From Macrostomum lignano (lineage: Eukaryota): 64,000 nt of DNA. Positions 63,352 through 64,000 of the stretch are shown here, in pieces (position 1 is the first letter of the stretch; every line of letters begins with the position of its first letter). A program made the position numbers and the translations under genes. Below the pieces are notes generated by a model that had not been told where the DNA came from, made no database searches, and saw only the letters and a list, made by a program, of their open reading frames with translations. The DNA is taken from positions 813,440 through 877,439 of the forward strand of contig NIVC01000051.1 in assembly GCA_002269645.1 (NCBI GenBank), in the 5' to 3' direction.

Positions 63352-64000
63352 TAATGGATAGATCTGATGCCGTAGTGGATAGATCTGATGCCGTAGTGGA
63401 TAGATCTGATGCCGTAGTGGATAGATCTGATGCCATAGTGGATAGACTGATGCCATAGTGGATAGATCTGATGCCATAGTGGATAGAACTGATGCCATAG
63501 TGGATAGAACTGATGCCATAGTGGATAGAACTGATGCCATAAGTGGATAGAACTGATGCCATAGTGGATAGAACTGATGCCATAGTGGATAGACTGATGC
63601 CATAATGGATAGAACTGATGCCATAGTGGATAGAACTGATGCCATAGTGGATAGATCTGATGCCGTAGTGGATAGATCTGATGCCGTAGTGGATAGATCT
63701 GATGCCATAGTGGATAGATCTGATGCCATAGTGGATAGATCTGATGCCATAGTGGATAGATCTGATGCCATAATGGTAGAACTGATGCCATAGTGGATAG
63801 AACTGATGCCATAGTGGATAGAACTGATGCCATAGTGGATAGAACTGATTAGTGGATAGAACTGATGCCATAGTGGATAGAACTGATGCCATAGTGGATA
63901 GAACTGATGCCATAGTGGTTAGAACTGATGCCAAAGTGGATAGAACTGATGCCATCGTGGATAGAACTGATGCCATAGTGGATAGAACTGATGCCATAGT
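63352..64000. repeat. 21-bp minisatellite (GCCATAGTGGATAGA(T/A)CTGAT), runs off the window
   Basis: Direct reading of the sequence. Confidence 0.95.

Overview
This is eukaryotic (invertebrate) genomic DNA, not prokaryotic. The gene style, gene content (multi-exon USP, DM9 genes) and minisatellite-filled introns suggest a free-living flatworm such as Macrostomum; that is an inference. Eight host genes were reconstructed by hand with phase-consistent GT-AG splice sites: a BRD10/KIAA2026-like bromodomain gene (minus, runs off the left end), a universal stress protein, an intronless secreted PAN+LamG protein, two head-to-head DM9-repeat genes forming a ~3.9-kb palindrome, a soluble inorganic pyrophosphatase divergent from SQSTM1/p62, and a BLTP3/UHRF1BP1-like lipid-transfer gene (minus, 5' exons probably beyond the right end). 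A transposon cluster at 7.5-18.5 kb holds a decayed piggyBac, a young mariner with 191-bp TIRs, a full-length but nonsense-disabled Ty3/Gypsy element, and a non-autonomous hAT element with an 8-bp TSD. Most large introns are filled by their own minisatellite. The best leads are a CpG-deamination signature in two unrelated transposons, the gene-body-homogenised DM9 palindrome, and an inverted pair of purine/pyrimidine arrays inside one intron. Homology calls come from recalled family motifs; no search was run. No rRNA, intact tRNA or CRISPR array was found.
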